From NCBI GenBank assembly GCA_024137785.1, contig JAHRHZ010000021.1, positions 45,416,051 to 45,480,050 of the forward strand: a stretch of 64,000 nucleotides of DNA, given 5' to 3'. The position numbers were made by a program, and so were the translations under genes. The notes below the pieces were generated by a model that saw only the letters and a list, made by a program, of their open reading frames with translations, was not told the origin of the DNA and made no database searches. Each line of letters begins with the position of its first letter. The stretch's first letter is position 1. Positions 25,416 through 38,070 of this stretch are shown piece after piece. The DNA comes from Ginglymostoma cirratum (lineage: Eukaryota).

Positions 25416-25606
25416 AATCAGAAGTCACACGACACCAGGTTACAGTCCAACAGGTTTATTTGAAATCACAAGCTTTCAGAGTGCTGCATCTGATGAGGGA
25501 GTAGTGCTCTGAGAGCTTGTTGTTTCAAATAAACCTGTTGGGCTATAACCTAGTGTCATGTGACTTCTAACTTTATCCACCCCAGTCCAACGCCAGCACC
25601 TTCACA
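25416..25606. mobile_element. Fold-back element of a second Penelope-terminus family with a hammerhead remnant
   Basis: Imperfect inverted arms of ~65 bp (agaagtcacacgacaccaggtta...gtgctgc / gtagtgct...gtcatgtgacttct), central CTGATGA, and an imperfect 10-bp TSD ctatgacaaa/ctataacaaa. Confidence 0.65.
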
Positions 25607-26335
25607 CTATAACAAATGGGAAGTGGAGATCAGGAGCACAGACCTCCAGTTGTGAAAATGACCATCAGAGTAATGGAAATGATCTCTCAGCCAGCGAAAC
25701 TGTACTCAGAACAATTGTTGTGAGTAAAGAGTTTTCACTTTGGCAAGGAACCAGGCATAAATTTGCAGTACCTAAGGATTCCGCCTGTCCCTGCCCCCAA
25801 TATCACTTTGACTTTTTCAATTCCCATTAAATTCTCACTTTGTTTACATGGTGAAGTTCCAAAAAAACCCCGAAAAATCAGTACATCTGCAGTCAAAGAA
25901 TTGAATTGAACTAGCTTTGTTGCCACATATACTCAAATGAGTACCATGACAAATTTACAAGACACAACTTACAGCACCATCTTAGGTACAAGTTACCTAG
26001 GTACAAATTCTTCAGTAAAGTCAATAAACAGCTAAATGTGCTGTTAGGTACATCAAATATCTAAATTGGCAACCCCTCTTTCCAAGGGGATTTCTTGCAC
26101 ACAGCCAAACTCAATACCAGTTAAATAACATTCTGAAGCAGGCCCCCTAATGTTATTATTTTCAATACTCTGATCCATTACTTTCAAAATTCCTTGATCT
26201 CAAGCTCACTCACACTTCAGCATTAAAAGTAAAACTCCCCCTTCTGTGTCTCAGAAATGATGTTTTACAATCCGATTGAAGAGACGCTCTGTTGCTTGCC
26301 ATTTCCATGCAGGCTCGTGATTCCTGACACAATAT

Positions 26336-26545
26336 TGGGGTCAGTTAGCGCAGCTGGTTGCTTTGTGATGCAGAATGATACCAACAGTGTGGGCTCAATT
26401 CCCACACTGGCTGAGATCTCCATGAAGTTCACATCTTCTCAACCTCACCCCTGGCCTCAGGCACAGTGACCCTCAGGTTAAACCAACATAAGTCATCTCT
26501 CCCTAATGAGAGAGAAGCCCTATGTGATTATGGTGACTTTGTTTT
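26336..26545 (+). mobile_element. tRNA-derived SINE of another family
   Basis: ggtcagttagcgcagctggttg (A-box like), gtgggctcaattcccacactggc (B-box like), then gtgaccctcaggttaaacca. Confidence 0.55.
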
Positions 26546-29500
26546 TGCACAATACAGGATGTTTTGTGTAACGGGCTATACACCAGCCTCAAGTTCCACT
26601 GCAAAAACCCATTGAAAGCCTGTAGGTAACCACAAGAGTAATAAAGACTGGTGCCTTTTTTTTTAAAATTGCTGAGCACAGAACATAGACCAGATACTGT
26701 ATTTCATTGTCCTTAATAAATTTTGATTTCTTTTTCACCTCCTTACTTAACTTTGTGTTTAACGTACTCCATATAATATAACTACACTGGAAGCCTCGTA
26801 ATTTATCTATTGATCAATTTGCTGCTTCTTTCTGTTGTCTGTTGATTGTATATATCTTCTGAGGTAGTGACAGCTAATATTAACTTACAGAACCAGTCAC
26901 TTATTTCTACTTAGCTTCACCAGGATGATTAGAAACTCATGTGATTTTAATGCTTCATTACTGAGATCCAGTGATTATCTATTCAAATCTCCAGCTAAAG
27001 GCCAAAATTGTGTTCATGAATTCTTCAAGAACCATATGATGTGATTGAGCTCCCCGTCACTCAGAATTAAGCCAGACACTTTGCAGTCTGACAGAGTTTG
27101 TACCAATCAAAAATCATTTTCGTCACTGTGGCCTCCAGTTATGGTTGACCAGCTATCAGTTTCTAAACAGTAAGGCTGCCTTAGTGAAAGTCATCTTTTC
27201 CTCTGGACTGATCAGAATCTGCACTTGCTGCTTTATGTGGTACATTTGTTTCCTTGACATCAAATCTGCAACTTGCCCAGACAGACTTTACATTGTCATT
27301 AACCTCCAGAAAATGTTACATTCTTTTTCAAATTTAATACATTTAAAATGTGCAAGGTCAGTGGTTTATAAACCACGTCAAGAAGTCCATTACCCAAGTG
27401 TCACTATCTGTCAGTGTATTTAATCCAGTGGCAACATTGCTTTATTCCGATTTGTCATAAAGGCCCCAGGCTGACAGTCTGAGGCACACACTGAACTTTC
27501 AAAGGATGCCTGGTAAGCTATATATAAATGTTTCACACAGTTATGTTTGTGGCATATGTACAAACACAGCATTTGCCTACAGTTACAGCTTCCCTCTTTG
27601 TTTTGATAGATTGAATAATCAATATTTTACAATCGCACACTTTAAAATTGCATGTGGGTCTGCATCTGTTACAGGCTATTATACTTAATTCATTTCAAGA
27701 CACCTGTGTTTCCTAATGCCTACTCTCTCCCTATTTATTACATCTCTCACATTTCAAAATGATTCCAACCTCGCACAATTATGAAAGCTGACTCCTGCTC
27801 AACCTAAGATTCGCTACATCCATTTTTAATAAAAGAATTAACAGGAGATGGGTGATATTAATTATTAGAAACATGGTATTGGACCAAGTCCAAAGTGACT
27901 GAATTAATTTTAAAACACGTAAATTAATAGTAGACATTATCTTTTACGGTAGGAATATGGAATATTTAATTTAAAACACACTTCTCTACTAATGGAATAC
28001 ACATCCTGAATAAGAGTATTATGTAATTGTAGTTCTTTTGTTAGATGAGTGTTCTGTACTGTGTTGTAGATCATCACCTTCACAGACTGAACCTGAATGT
28101 CATGCATAAATTTAACAAATGTGCAATTATTACAGATTGCTTCTGATTGGCACACTTTCCTTCGGGCATGCAACTCTGATAACCGACTTTCCTTGTGTAT
28201 TCTTTCAAAATAGTGGTTTAGTTTTGCTGTTGTGTTACAAAAGAGTTCTGTAATCTAACTGAAACACGAATTCACAAATTGACAGTCCACCTGCAACTCT
28301 TGAAATAAGAGCTCAACCATCCTAGATGCTGACTGTTAAAGGCAACAAAGGCTTTCCAAAGAGCCAGAACTTGCTCAAGATACAAGTGACCTGTGATGCT
28401 ACACTCCAATGTTGATGAAAAAGAACAATCTTGTGACTGGGAATGTTCAAAGAAATACATATCTGGTTCCATAAACATTAAGCATTTTGTAGTTATAGGA
28501 GTATTTCACATTACGCCACCTAAAGCCTCAATTTAGAGCAAAGCCAGCAACTGAAATGACTTGAAACACATTTCTCACACTTACCTGAACTTAAGTCAAC
28601 TTATAGTGGAAGCTACTCTATACCAAGATATTTAATCTTATTGTTAGAAGGAGCAGCCATAAGGAAGTCTTACACATTATTAGTGGAAATATATAAGTCA
28701 AGGTTGAGAGGAGCTTTACTAGAAGTGTCCAAAATTATGAATAGTTTTGGTGGAGAATATGAGGAGAAACTACTAATGACATAAAAGTTGACAAGTACCT
28801 ACAGAATGCAAATTTAAAGTGTTTGTGAAAAGTACCAAAGATGACATGAGGAAACATTTTTACATTGCTGAGTTGTAGTGATCCAGAATGCACGGTGAAA
28901 AGGGGAGTCGGAAGTAGATTCAACAGCAATGTGTGGAAGAGAATTACATAAAAACTTACAGGGCTTTCAGGGAAAGCAGGGCAGTGAGGTCAATTATAAA
29001 GGTCTTTTAAAAAGCAAGTGTAGTCGAGGTGGTCTGTACAATCATCTTGTGCATTGTAACAATCTATAATTCTTAAAGTGACAGGTTTAAAGGACATCTA
29101 ATTTATATACACCTCATTGTGAAGTTGTAATACCTGCTTAGCATAATTGTACACACCCTTGGAGAGGATTTTCACCTTAACTGCTCAGACATTCAGTATT
29201 GACCGAGTTGGGTGGACAACAGAAAGGAAAACTTGATGTGGTTGTTTCTGAACTCACCAGAATTACCTCTCATTTATTAGAATGGAAGGAAAATCTGACA
29301 GTTTCAACTATCAGGATGTGTTGGTATGTAAATTAACCAGGTACGTTATGTTTTACTCACAATAATCTGTGAAATAGCAATGTGTATTCAAAAACATGAA
29401 CAGCAAACATTCAAATCAATAATCAGTCACAATGTGCCTTATTAGTGTCAGTCATTTGGTAATGCTGACAGTGGAGTAAAGACTTACACTTACATTAATC

Positions 29501-30606
29501 TCCAATGGCCTTTTATAATTAATTTACTTGGATGTTGGTTTCCTCAACTTCTTGGAACTCCCTTCCTTGAAGCACTGTAGGTGTACCGACAGCACATGGA
29601 CAGCAGTGGTACAGAAAGGTGGCTTACCTTTCCAAATACAATGTGTTGTTTTAGCATGTTCTCAATGGCAAATGAATTGACAACAAGTGCTGGCATTTCC
29701 AGTGATGTGCACACCCCATGGACAAATAGATAAAAATAATCAAATAACATCACTTAAAGAATCATAGAAAACCACCAAAAGTAGCCATTCAGACCATTCT
29801 AACTGTGTCTGCTTTTTTGTAGAGTTCTGTAATTAGTCTCACTCTCTTGCTTTGCCCCATGGACATGTTAAACCTTTTCATGAAAGTTTTTATCTAATTC
29901 TCTATCAAAAGTTAATGAACACTGACATTTGTAAATCTACTACAGCAAATTTCTGAGAATCCTAGTAATGTACAAGCATTAGTGTTCCTTCCAGATCCAT
30001 AATTCTCTGAAATCTCTGTATTCTTCAATTCTGGTCAATTCCACCTTCCTGATTTTCCTTGCTCCACATGTGGCAAATGTGCCTGCAGCTGCATCTGTCT
30101 TAAACTCTGGAATGCCTTTCTTTAAACTTTTCGACACTCTATCCTCCATTAAAATGAGTCTATAAAACCTGCCACTTTGACTAAATGTTTAATTATCTAT
30201 CCTAATCTCTCATGCAACTCCATTGAGTTTGGATTAATAACACTCCTGTGAAGTACATTGGAACATTTTATTATGGTAAAGATGCTTGAAAAGGATGCAT
30301 TTATGTTGTTCCCTAAGCATAACAAACAAGATAGTCCTAAAGACTTCTACAGTAATCACCACATTTATCATTTTGATGGGAATAATAAGTGATTCACCAA
30401 ACGATGTATCTTACCTTCACTATATGAGGTCTAACCGCATATCATCCTAAACTATAAGTTCAATTAGATATAAACCTTTTCATAATTTTATGCCATAGAG
30501 TCCACAGAGATGGGCAAATGCTAAAATTAGTTTTAATTTGAACAAAATCATTTTGAATTTCCAATGATGCCTATAATGTTGGTCTTCTTGGGATGAGTTT
30601 AGATTC

Positions 30607-30845
30607 AGAGAATCCCAACAGTGTGGAAGAAGGCCACCTGCCCATCAAGTCCACACCAACCATCTGAAAGGCATCCCATCCAGATTCATCTCCTGAATTT
30701 CCCATGGCTAATCCACACATCTTTGACTGTGGGAGGAAACCAGAGGACATAGAACATGCAAACTCCACACAGACGGTCACCCAAAGCTGGAATTGAACCT
30801 GGATACCTGGTACTGTGAGGCAGCAATGTCAGCACCATGCTGCCC
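30607..30845 (-). mobile_element. HE1-type V-SINE (internally deleted)
   Basis: tgcaaactccacacagacggtcacccaaagctggaattgaacctgg...gtgaggcagcaatg. Confidence 0.8.
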
Positions 30846-31569
30846 AGGTTAGTTTTCAACTGTTTTCTGAATGATAGTAAGTTCTGGTAATGCACCTCTG
30901 TTCCATGAGAATTATGTTATTTCTCATTGCATTTTCACAAAAATCAAGTAAAAGCTATGGGAAAGCCTAATTTAAATTTACAATGCATCATTAATGCTGA
31001 AAATAATCTAACGAAGTCTAAAGAGAATGGAAGCTGAGCCGAATGAGAATAGAAAGGGTGGGGGTTGCAGATTAACCAAAAGCAGTCACAGTGAGAGGGT
31101 TTTAAAATGATGAAACAAAGGTCGAGATATTTATGAAGGGAATCACAGTGTTTGGAATTTCAGAAGCTAAACAAATGCCTATTAGTAGTGGAGAAATGGG
31201 AGCGTGAGGTGCACAAAGACGATAATGGGAAGATAAGAGTTTTGTTTCAAGATGATGTGATGGAGGAAGTTACAGTGATGTGGAGGGCCTTTAAATTTCA
31301 CTTGTTGGAGAACTGGAAGCTATTGGCCTGCATTTGCCAATTGCTCAGAAACTTTTCAATGGGCCTGCTGGCAGAGATTTCTGATCCACTGTGGCAATCT
31401 GTATGGGGAATCTGTGAACAAGACAAAAAACAGCAAGGCTTTTCAAATTATTAGATTTAAGAATTCTCACTGAGATATATAAAGGTTCAACCAGGTATTA
31501 AAAAATAGTTTTTAAAAAAATCACATCATATAACATAAAATAATTAATTAATAAACAATTGAAATTGAA

Positions 31570-33364
31570 AGCTGATCACAGAAATGGTGACCATGAAACT
31601 ACAGCCTATTGTAAAAATCCATCCGATTCACGAAAAACAAATCTGCTGTTCTTAACTAGTCCAGCTTCCATGTGACCCAAAACCCATAACAATGTGATTG
31701 TCTCTTATATGCCCACTGAAATGGCCAAGCAAGCCGTACAGTTGTATAAAGCCGAAGCAATAATATAAAGCCAGATGCGAAACAGTCATCAAACAAGGCT
31801 TCAGAATTGACAATCCCGATTCCATTCCTGCTACGTTCTGCTGATTAACTTCCTGGAATTGTACCAAAGTTAGGAGAGCTATCTCACAACTTAGGCAGGC
31901 AACAGCATAGCATAGTTCTACTCACTGAGCCATACCGTACAGCCAATGTTCCGGACACAATCATCACCATCCATGGTAAGTCCTTTCCTACTGGCAGATC
32001 AGAAATAACAGAGGTGGCGGTACCATGGTATATAATTGGAATGCTGTTGCCCTGGGAGTCCTCAACAATAAATCTGACCTCCAAGAAATCTCATGAATTC
32101 AAATAAAACATGAACAAGTAAACCTTCTACTAATTACCACCTACCATTCTCCCTCAGCTGGTGAATCAGTATTACTCTATGTTGAACATCACTTGGAGGA
32201 AATGTTGGCAAGAGCACAGCATGTACTCTGGGTGGGGAACTTCAAAATCCAAAGAAGACTGAATTAGCCAAATTCTGAAGAACATATCTGCCTATCTGGG
32301 TTTGCAGCAGTTTGTGAGGGTATCAACAAGAGGGAAAAACCTCACCAATCTACCTGTCACAGCTGTATCTATCCATGACAGTATAGGTAGTGTCATCTTT
32401 ACATTAAGGATACCTTCCATTGTGTTGCGTCGCACAGACATCATGCTAAATGTGATAAATTCAATGCATTTCTAGTATCACAAAACTGACCAACCTTGAG
32501 GCATTTTGGTCTATCAGCAGCAGGTGCAGAATTGTATTCAACCAGAACTTGTCACTTTGTGAATGGGAATATACCCCACTTTATCAGTGCCTTCAAACCA
32601 GGGGATCATTACTGCTTCCACAGATAGTGCAGGAGGGTATGCCAATCAAAACATAGCGAACAACTAAAAATGAAGTAAAAACCTGGTGAAGCTGTAACTT
32701 GGGACTGTTTGCATGCCGAACAGCAGAAGCAACAAGCAATATGCAAAGCCAAACTAAAGGATAACCTTTAAATTCACCACTCTAGCCACATGCAGTCATG
32801 AATGGTGCTAGCCTATTTTTCTAATCAACCTGTTCTGAGACATTATTACACCCCTGCAGCAGGTAGAACTTGAACCCAGGTCTCTTGGTCCAAAGATAGG
32901 GACACTACCACTGTGCCCAAAGAGGGCGTAATGTTTGATCCATTTAGGCTTCTCGCTGAACTCCCCAGCATCAAACATACCAAACCTTCAGCTAATTCAA
33001 TTCACTCTATGTCATATCAAAAACAGTTGCAGGCACTGGAATATTCTCCCTGACAACATTCTGAAAATAGTACGAAAGACTTCAACTCCAGAACCAGCTT
33101 TGCCCAAGCCAGCTGATCCAGTACTGCCGCAACACTGGCACCTATCTGAAAATGTGGAAAATTGCATCTACAAAATACATGACAAATCCAACTTGGATAT
33201 TTAATACCCCATCAACCTCCTGTTGATCATAAGCAAAGTCATGGAAGAGGTTTTCAACAGTGTCACCACTTAGGCAAAAATAACCTGCTTGCTGACATTA
33301 AGGTTGTGTTCCTCACAGTTCTAACTTCATCACAGCCTTGGTTCAAAATGGATAAAGAGATGAA
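31570..33364 (+). mobile_element. Decayed CR1/L2-group LINE 5' portion (AP endonuclease to start of RT)
   Basis: Remnants read as IVLLTEPY, IITIHG, RNNRGGGTMVY, LLLITTYHSPS and VLWVGNF, plus a degenerate Y(R)PISLL-like region near 33205. Confidence 0.65.
32812..32927 (-). mobile_element. Short tRNA-derived SINE nested in a LINE
   Basis: Minus strand gccctctttgggcacagtggtagtgtccctatc...cctgggttcaagttc (A and B boxes). A second copy is nested in the Deu-SINE at ~37866-37962. Confidence 0.55.
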
Positions 33365-34590
33365 CGTTCCAGTGGAAAAAGCCCCAGTCTTTGCAGTCTA
33401 TTTTTATACCTCAAACCCTCCAATCCTGGCAACATCCTAACAAATCTTTTCTGAACCCTCTCCGGTTTAATAATATCCTTCCTATAACAGGGTGACCAGA
33501 ACCATCCGCAGTACTCTAGAAGAGGCCTCACCAACATCCTGTGCAACCTCAACATTATGTCCCAACTCCTATACTCAAACATCTGAGCAACGAAGGCAAG
33601 TGTGTCAAATGCCTTTTTAACCACCCTGTCTACCTGTGACATGAATTTCAAAGAATTATGTACCTAAACCACTCGGTTTCTCTGTTCTACAACACTGCGC
33701 AGGGCCCTGGGTTTACATTAATTATACAAGTCCTGTCCTTGTTTGTTTTACCAAAATGCAATACTTCACATTTATCCAAATTAAACTCCATCTGCCCCTC
33801 CTCAGTCCATTGACCTAATTAATTAAGATCTCTTTGTAATTTTAGATAACCTTCTTCATTATCTACTATACCACAAATTTTGTTATCATCTGTAAACTTA
33901 CTAACCATGCCTCTTATATTCTCATTCAAATCATTTGTATAAATGACAAACAAAAGTGGACCCAGCACCGATCCCTGTGGAACTTCGCTGGTCATAAGTC
34001 TCCAGTCCGAAAAACAACCCTCCACCATCACCCTCTGTTTCCTGCCATAAAGTCAATTTTGTATCCAATTGGCAAGCTCACTCTGAATCCCATATGATCT
34101 AACTACTAATTAGTCCACCATGTGGAACCCTGTCAAAGGCTTTACTGAAGTCCAAGTAAACTATGTTTGCTGTTCTGCCCTCATCAATTTTTTTGGTTAC
34201 TTCCTTAAAAAACTCAATCATGTTTGTGAGACATAATTTCCCTTGCATAAAATGATGACTATCCCAAATCATTCTTTGCCTCTCCAAATGCTTCTAAATC
34301 CTATCTTTCAGCATCACCTCCAACAATGTGCCCATCACTACTGTCAGATTCTCCAGTATATCGTTGCCCGGCTCCTCCTTACAGCCTTTCTTGAACAACG
34401 GCACAACATTAGCTACCCTCCAGTCTGCAGGCACTTCACCTATGTTTATAGATGATACAAATATTTCTGGTAGGGGCTCCATAATTTCCTCCCTAACTTC
34501 TCACAATGTTTTGGGATAAATGTGATCAGGTCCTGGAGATTTATCTACTTTTTTTATTTTCTAAGACCTCAAATGCTTCATCTCATATTC
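33365..34590 (-). mobile_element. CR1 LINE ORF2 (reverse transcriptase) fragment, decayed
   Basis: Broken ORFs contain VPADWRVANVVPLFKKG, IVYLDFSKAFDRVPH, VPQGSVLGPLLFVIY, SKFTDDNKI and LVRPLLEYC..WSP..RKDI. Confidence 0.93.
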
Positions 34591-36369
34591 TAATATCTGT
34601 GGTGGCATTAATATTTCTTGGAGCTGTAGGAGATGGGTGGATTCTTCGAAGTGAACAGTTCACTGATAGCCCTTTCGCATCTGAGCGTTAAGGTTATGGG
34701 ATTTATCTACCCTTCCAAAGTCTTGAACATAACCTGCAGACTGTCACCTGCCTGCTGTTGGAGCGCTGCAATATCAAAGATACTATCAGAGCATTGATCT
34801 AATGTCTTATCCAAACTGCCCCATCAGGGGATGTATAAAAAAAAGGTCATGTCACTATTAGAGGAGGGATAGAGAAGTTTATCCAAGTGTCCCAACCAAC
34901 ATGTATCCCTAAACTAGGTTAAGAGGTCATTAATCCCATTGTTGTTTATTGGAGCTTGCTATTGTTGATGTGTTTAAAACTGGAACTGCGGTTCATTGGT
35001 TGTAAATGTTTACCTAAATGCAGGACTTTAGCTTTTTCCGTCACGCTTTTCTGTCCTTCAGAAAAAGAAAGGTATAAATTCAGGTGCAGCGATCAGCATT
35101 TCGACCAGTCAACAGTTCGGTGCCGCAAGTAGTTGGGCAAAAGGAAGCGGGACAAGTGAACAATTCCCAGAGAGTGCAGCCTGACCGAGCTTGGAATGAA
35201 TGCTTTGAGAGTCGCCCATCAAAATGCAGCCTCGAGTCTTTATGCACGCGCTGTGCAGCTAAATACAATGTGCTGAACCAAATGACAAAGGGTGAATCTA
35301 AAGTCTTGAACTCGATCCTCTGAACAGATTCCAACTTGGTAATCAACCCAGATTCTTTCAGATTTGGCAAGACAGTGACACCTTGGTGATGTCACGTTCC
35401 CTCAAGGTTAATATTTTACAAGAACCATGAGATTTGCTTTACTGCATGAGGTTACTATCTGACCAGTAATAACATCGTGGTCTTTCTGAACTGATTTGTT
35501 TTTGTTTTTGCTTGTTTAATCCCTGGGCGCGGTGCTCAGAGAAATAGGGAGATGCGGTACACACTCGAAATTCCACGTTGGGCCCATCTTAACAGAGCCT
35601 GCTCCCCGGGATCTGGATCTGCAGGCAATCCAGATATAAATGTTATAGTGTCAATTCTAGGTAAACCACTCGACAGTGGCGCGTGTGTGCAGCAAACTGG
35701 GAGAAGGTGGTGCGTCAACTTAATGCAATGAAGCCTCCAAGCTGGAGAGCATTTGTGAAGGAGGGCTACCTGTAACTTGAGATCACAGCTCGCTCATTTA
35801 AAACAAGACAGTAGCTGCCTTTGCCTGTTTTTCCCAAGGACTGGAAATCACATCCCGCCGGGATAGTATTCCATTGAAAGTTGGCGGGAACGGATATGAT
35901 TATATGAAACATTCTGGGTTTTTTTTTTAGCCATAATGGTAGCGTAAAGCCAATCAGTTTATCAAAGAAAAGGCAGCAGGCACAGTAATCCTTGACTGGG
36001 CAGTAACATTTACATTAAAATTTAGTTTAATAGCTGTGTCAATGAGAAATGTTTATAAATTGTTGCATGGCCAGTGTGTTAAAACAACCGCACAAAAGCG
36101 CGTTGATATTCTGCAGCAACGTGACACAGAAAGGGGAACCAGAACACCGAGGGAGCAAGCAGAACAGTCATATGGTCAGACTTGGTGCACTTTTCAGAAT
36201 CCAGGTCTTATTCTTCCTGCGTCTGAAATCCAAAAAAAAACACAGCAATTGTAAACAGCAACATTCAAGTGGGGCGCTACAATCTTATTCCCCTCTAAGC
36301 GTCAAAATGAGTTAGAAAGTGTCGAAGACTCCGCACAGCTTGAGCTATGACATAGAGGGTTTTTTTTAC

Positions 36370-36680
36370 CTGTTCTCCGAGCTGGCTACGCCATTGCCGG
36401 ATGCGGAGGAGGAGCTGGCCGTGGTGCTGAATCGCCCTCACACTGGTCGAAGCTGCCCGCACAACGAGCACACGCCAGGGCCAGACTCTCCCCCCAGCCG
36501 TTTCGCTGCACACGAGAACTGTTCCAGCTCGGTTGCCAAATCCAAGCGACACTCAGGAGCTGCACATTCGGAGAGCGAAGCTTTCTATTCACACTCGATC
36601 CATTTAACACCCGACCCAACAGAGCAGAGATGAAAGGAGGGAGTTTGGGGGCGGGGTCGAGGGGAAGAGGTTAAAACACG
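36370..36680 (-). other. GRM8: Probable non-coding first exon of GRM8 (5' end approximate)
   Basis: CpG-rich segment ending in the minus-strand donor gagaacAG|GTAAAA at 36370/36369. GC box at ~36646-36657, TATTTAA-like element on the minus strand at ~36704-36710, and an internal RE1 site. No other gene lies between it and the coding exon. Confidence 0.5.
36411..36431 (-). promoter_or_regulatory. RE1/NRSE element (REST/NRSF binding site)
   Basis: Minus strand reads TTCAGCACCACGGCCAGCTCC versus consensus TTCAGCACCACGGACAGCGCC (19/21 identical, canonical spacing). Confidence 0.8.
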
Positions 36681-37537
36681 ATTCTGTTTTAAAAGCACCT
36701 CGGTTAAATAGAGACTCCCGGTAATGTGTATCGTGTGTGTTGTCAGCGTAGCGTGTCTGTGGGGGGGGGGGGGGAAGAAGGAAATGTTTTATTCACCAGA
36801 GATAGACATTCAGTGATTTATTTGATAACACACGATAACACACAAACAACTTCACTGTTAACAAAGTCCAAGATTGGAGCGATTTTATCGAGGATGTCGA
36901 CGTGTTAAATGTGATAAAACATCTTACGTGTATACAGGAAAGAAAATGATACCAGAGCTAAGCTTAAAGAAACAGAAATCATCGCTTAAATTAAGTAACA
37001 TTACAATTAATGTAGGAATGTTTCGCCAAAGAACCATTAAAGAGATGCTAGAATTATGAAGCGTGAGAGGGAATGGGGCTTTGATACGAAATTGATATAT
37101 CCATTAACGCCAGGATGGCCATTATTCACATTCCTGAAACTTTGACAGTACAGTATTGGCTCTGCTTGAGAAGACACAACTATTTCTTTCATCATCTATT
37201 CAATGTGCAGTTTTGCTCCGAACTTTACATCAAATTGCATGTCTATCACCTTCTTGATTAATCCAATTATATCCATTTTTAGGCAATGTACTGAAAACTA
37301 TGAAGTAGGTGCATTTTTTCAAAGCATAAAATGAATGCTACAAGCGACCCAGTCTCTTGCAAACAAGGTGGGTCAATTTCATACGGAATGTTACTGGCAA
37401 GTAAATCTCGGGAATGATAACATTTTTTCGCAGTATTCATAATGGGACCTCAAGAATGAAGGCGGTGCACTCCATGTTGCATGTTATTGGAAAATAAAAT
37501 TGGAATCCTGTTTCATTTTGAGAAGTCTGCTTGATTC

Positions 37538-38070
37538 CGCGGTGACAGTCTCGTCTCGGAGTCAGCAGATATGTAGATTCCCCACCTGCTCTAGAGATTT
37601 GAGCACATCATCTAGGCTGACACTTCAGCGCAGTCAATAAGCCAATGCTTCACTACAGGAGGTACGGTCTTTCAGATGAGATGTAAAACGGAAGCCGGAG
37701 GCCCCGTTTGCCGTCTCGCGTGGAAGCAAAAGATTCCATTACCACTGTTGGAATAAGTGCAGAGAAGCAAATATCCATCAACCAATATAATTAAAACTGA
37801 TTACCTAGTCATTATCTCAGTACTGTTCATGGGGGGCCTGCTGTGTACAAATTGGCTGTTGTAGATATTTTTAATATCAATCTGTTCAGACACATTATGA
37901 CACCTCTGCAGCAGCCCTCTGGCCCAGAGGTTAGGACATTACCACTGTGCTGCAAGAATCCCAAATTGGCTGGTTAACAGAGACGATGCCTCAAAAGTCC
38001 TTAATTGGCTGCAAAGATCTTGGGATTATTCTGGGAACGTGAAAGGCGCTCGTTTTAATGTAAGTTCTTC
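37538..38070 (+). mobile_element. Deu-domain SINE (SacSINE1/AmnSINE1-related)
   Basis: atttgagcacatcatctaggctgacacttcag...ggaggtacggtctttcagatgagatgtaaaac...ggccccgtttgcc...gtggaagcaaaagattccat, with an L2-like tail. More degenerate copies at ~34660-35030 (+), ~1960-2160 (-) and ~38760-38900 (-). Confidence 0.7.

Larger units (their letters stand above)
35050..36950. promoter_or_regulatory. CpG-enriched promoter region
   Basis: Visible CpG enrichment relative to the CpG-poor background, GC box ggggcgggg, RE1 site and candidate first exon. Confidence 0.6.

Noticed and set aside
33343-34482. RT-like ORFs as an active retroelement or novel RT system
   Set aside because: Ordinary CR1 ORF2 broken by stops and frameshifts.
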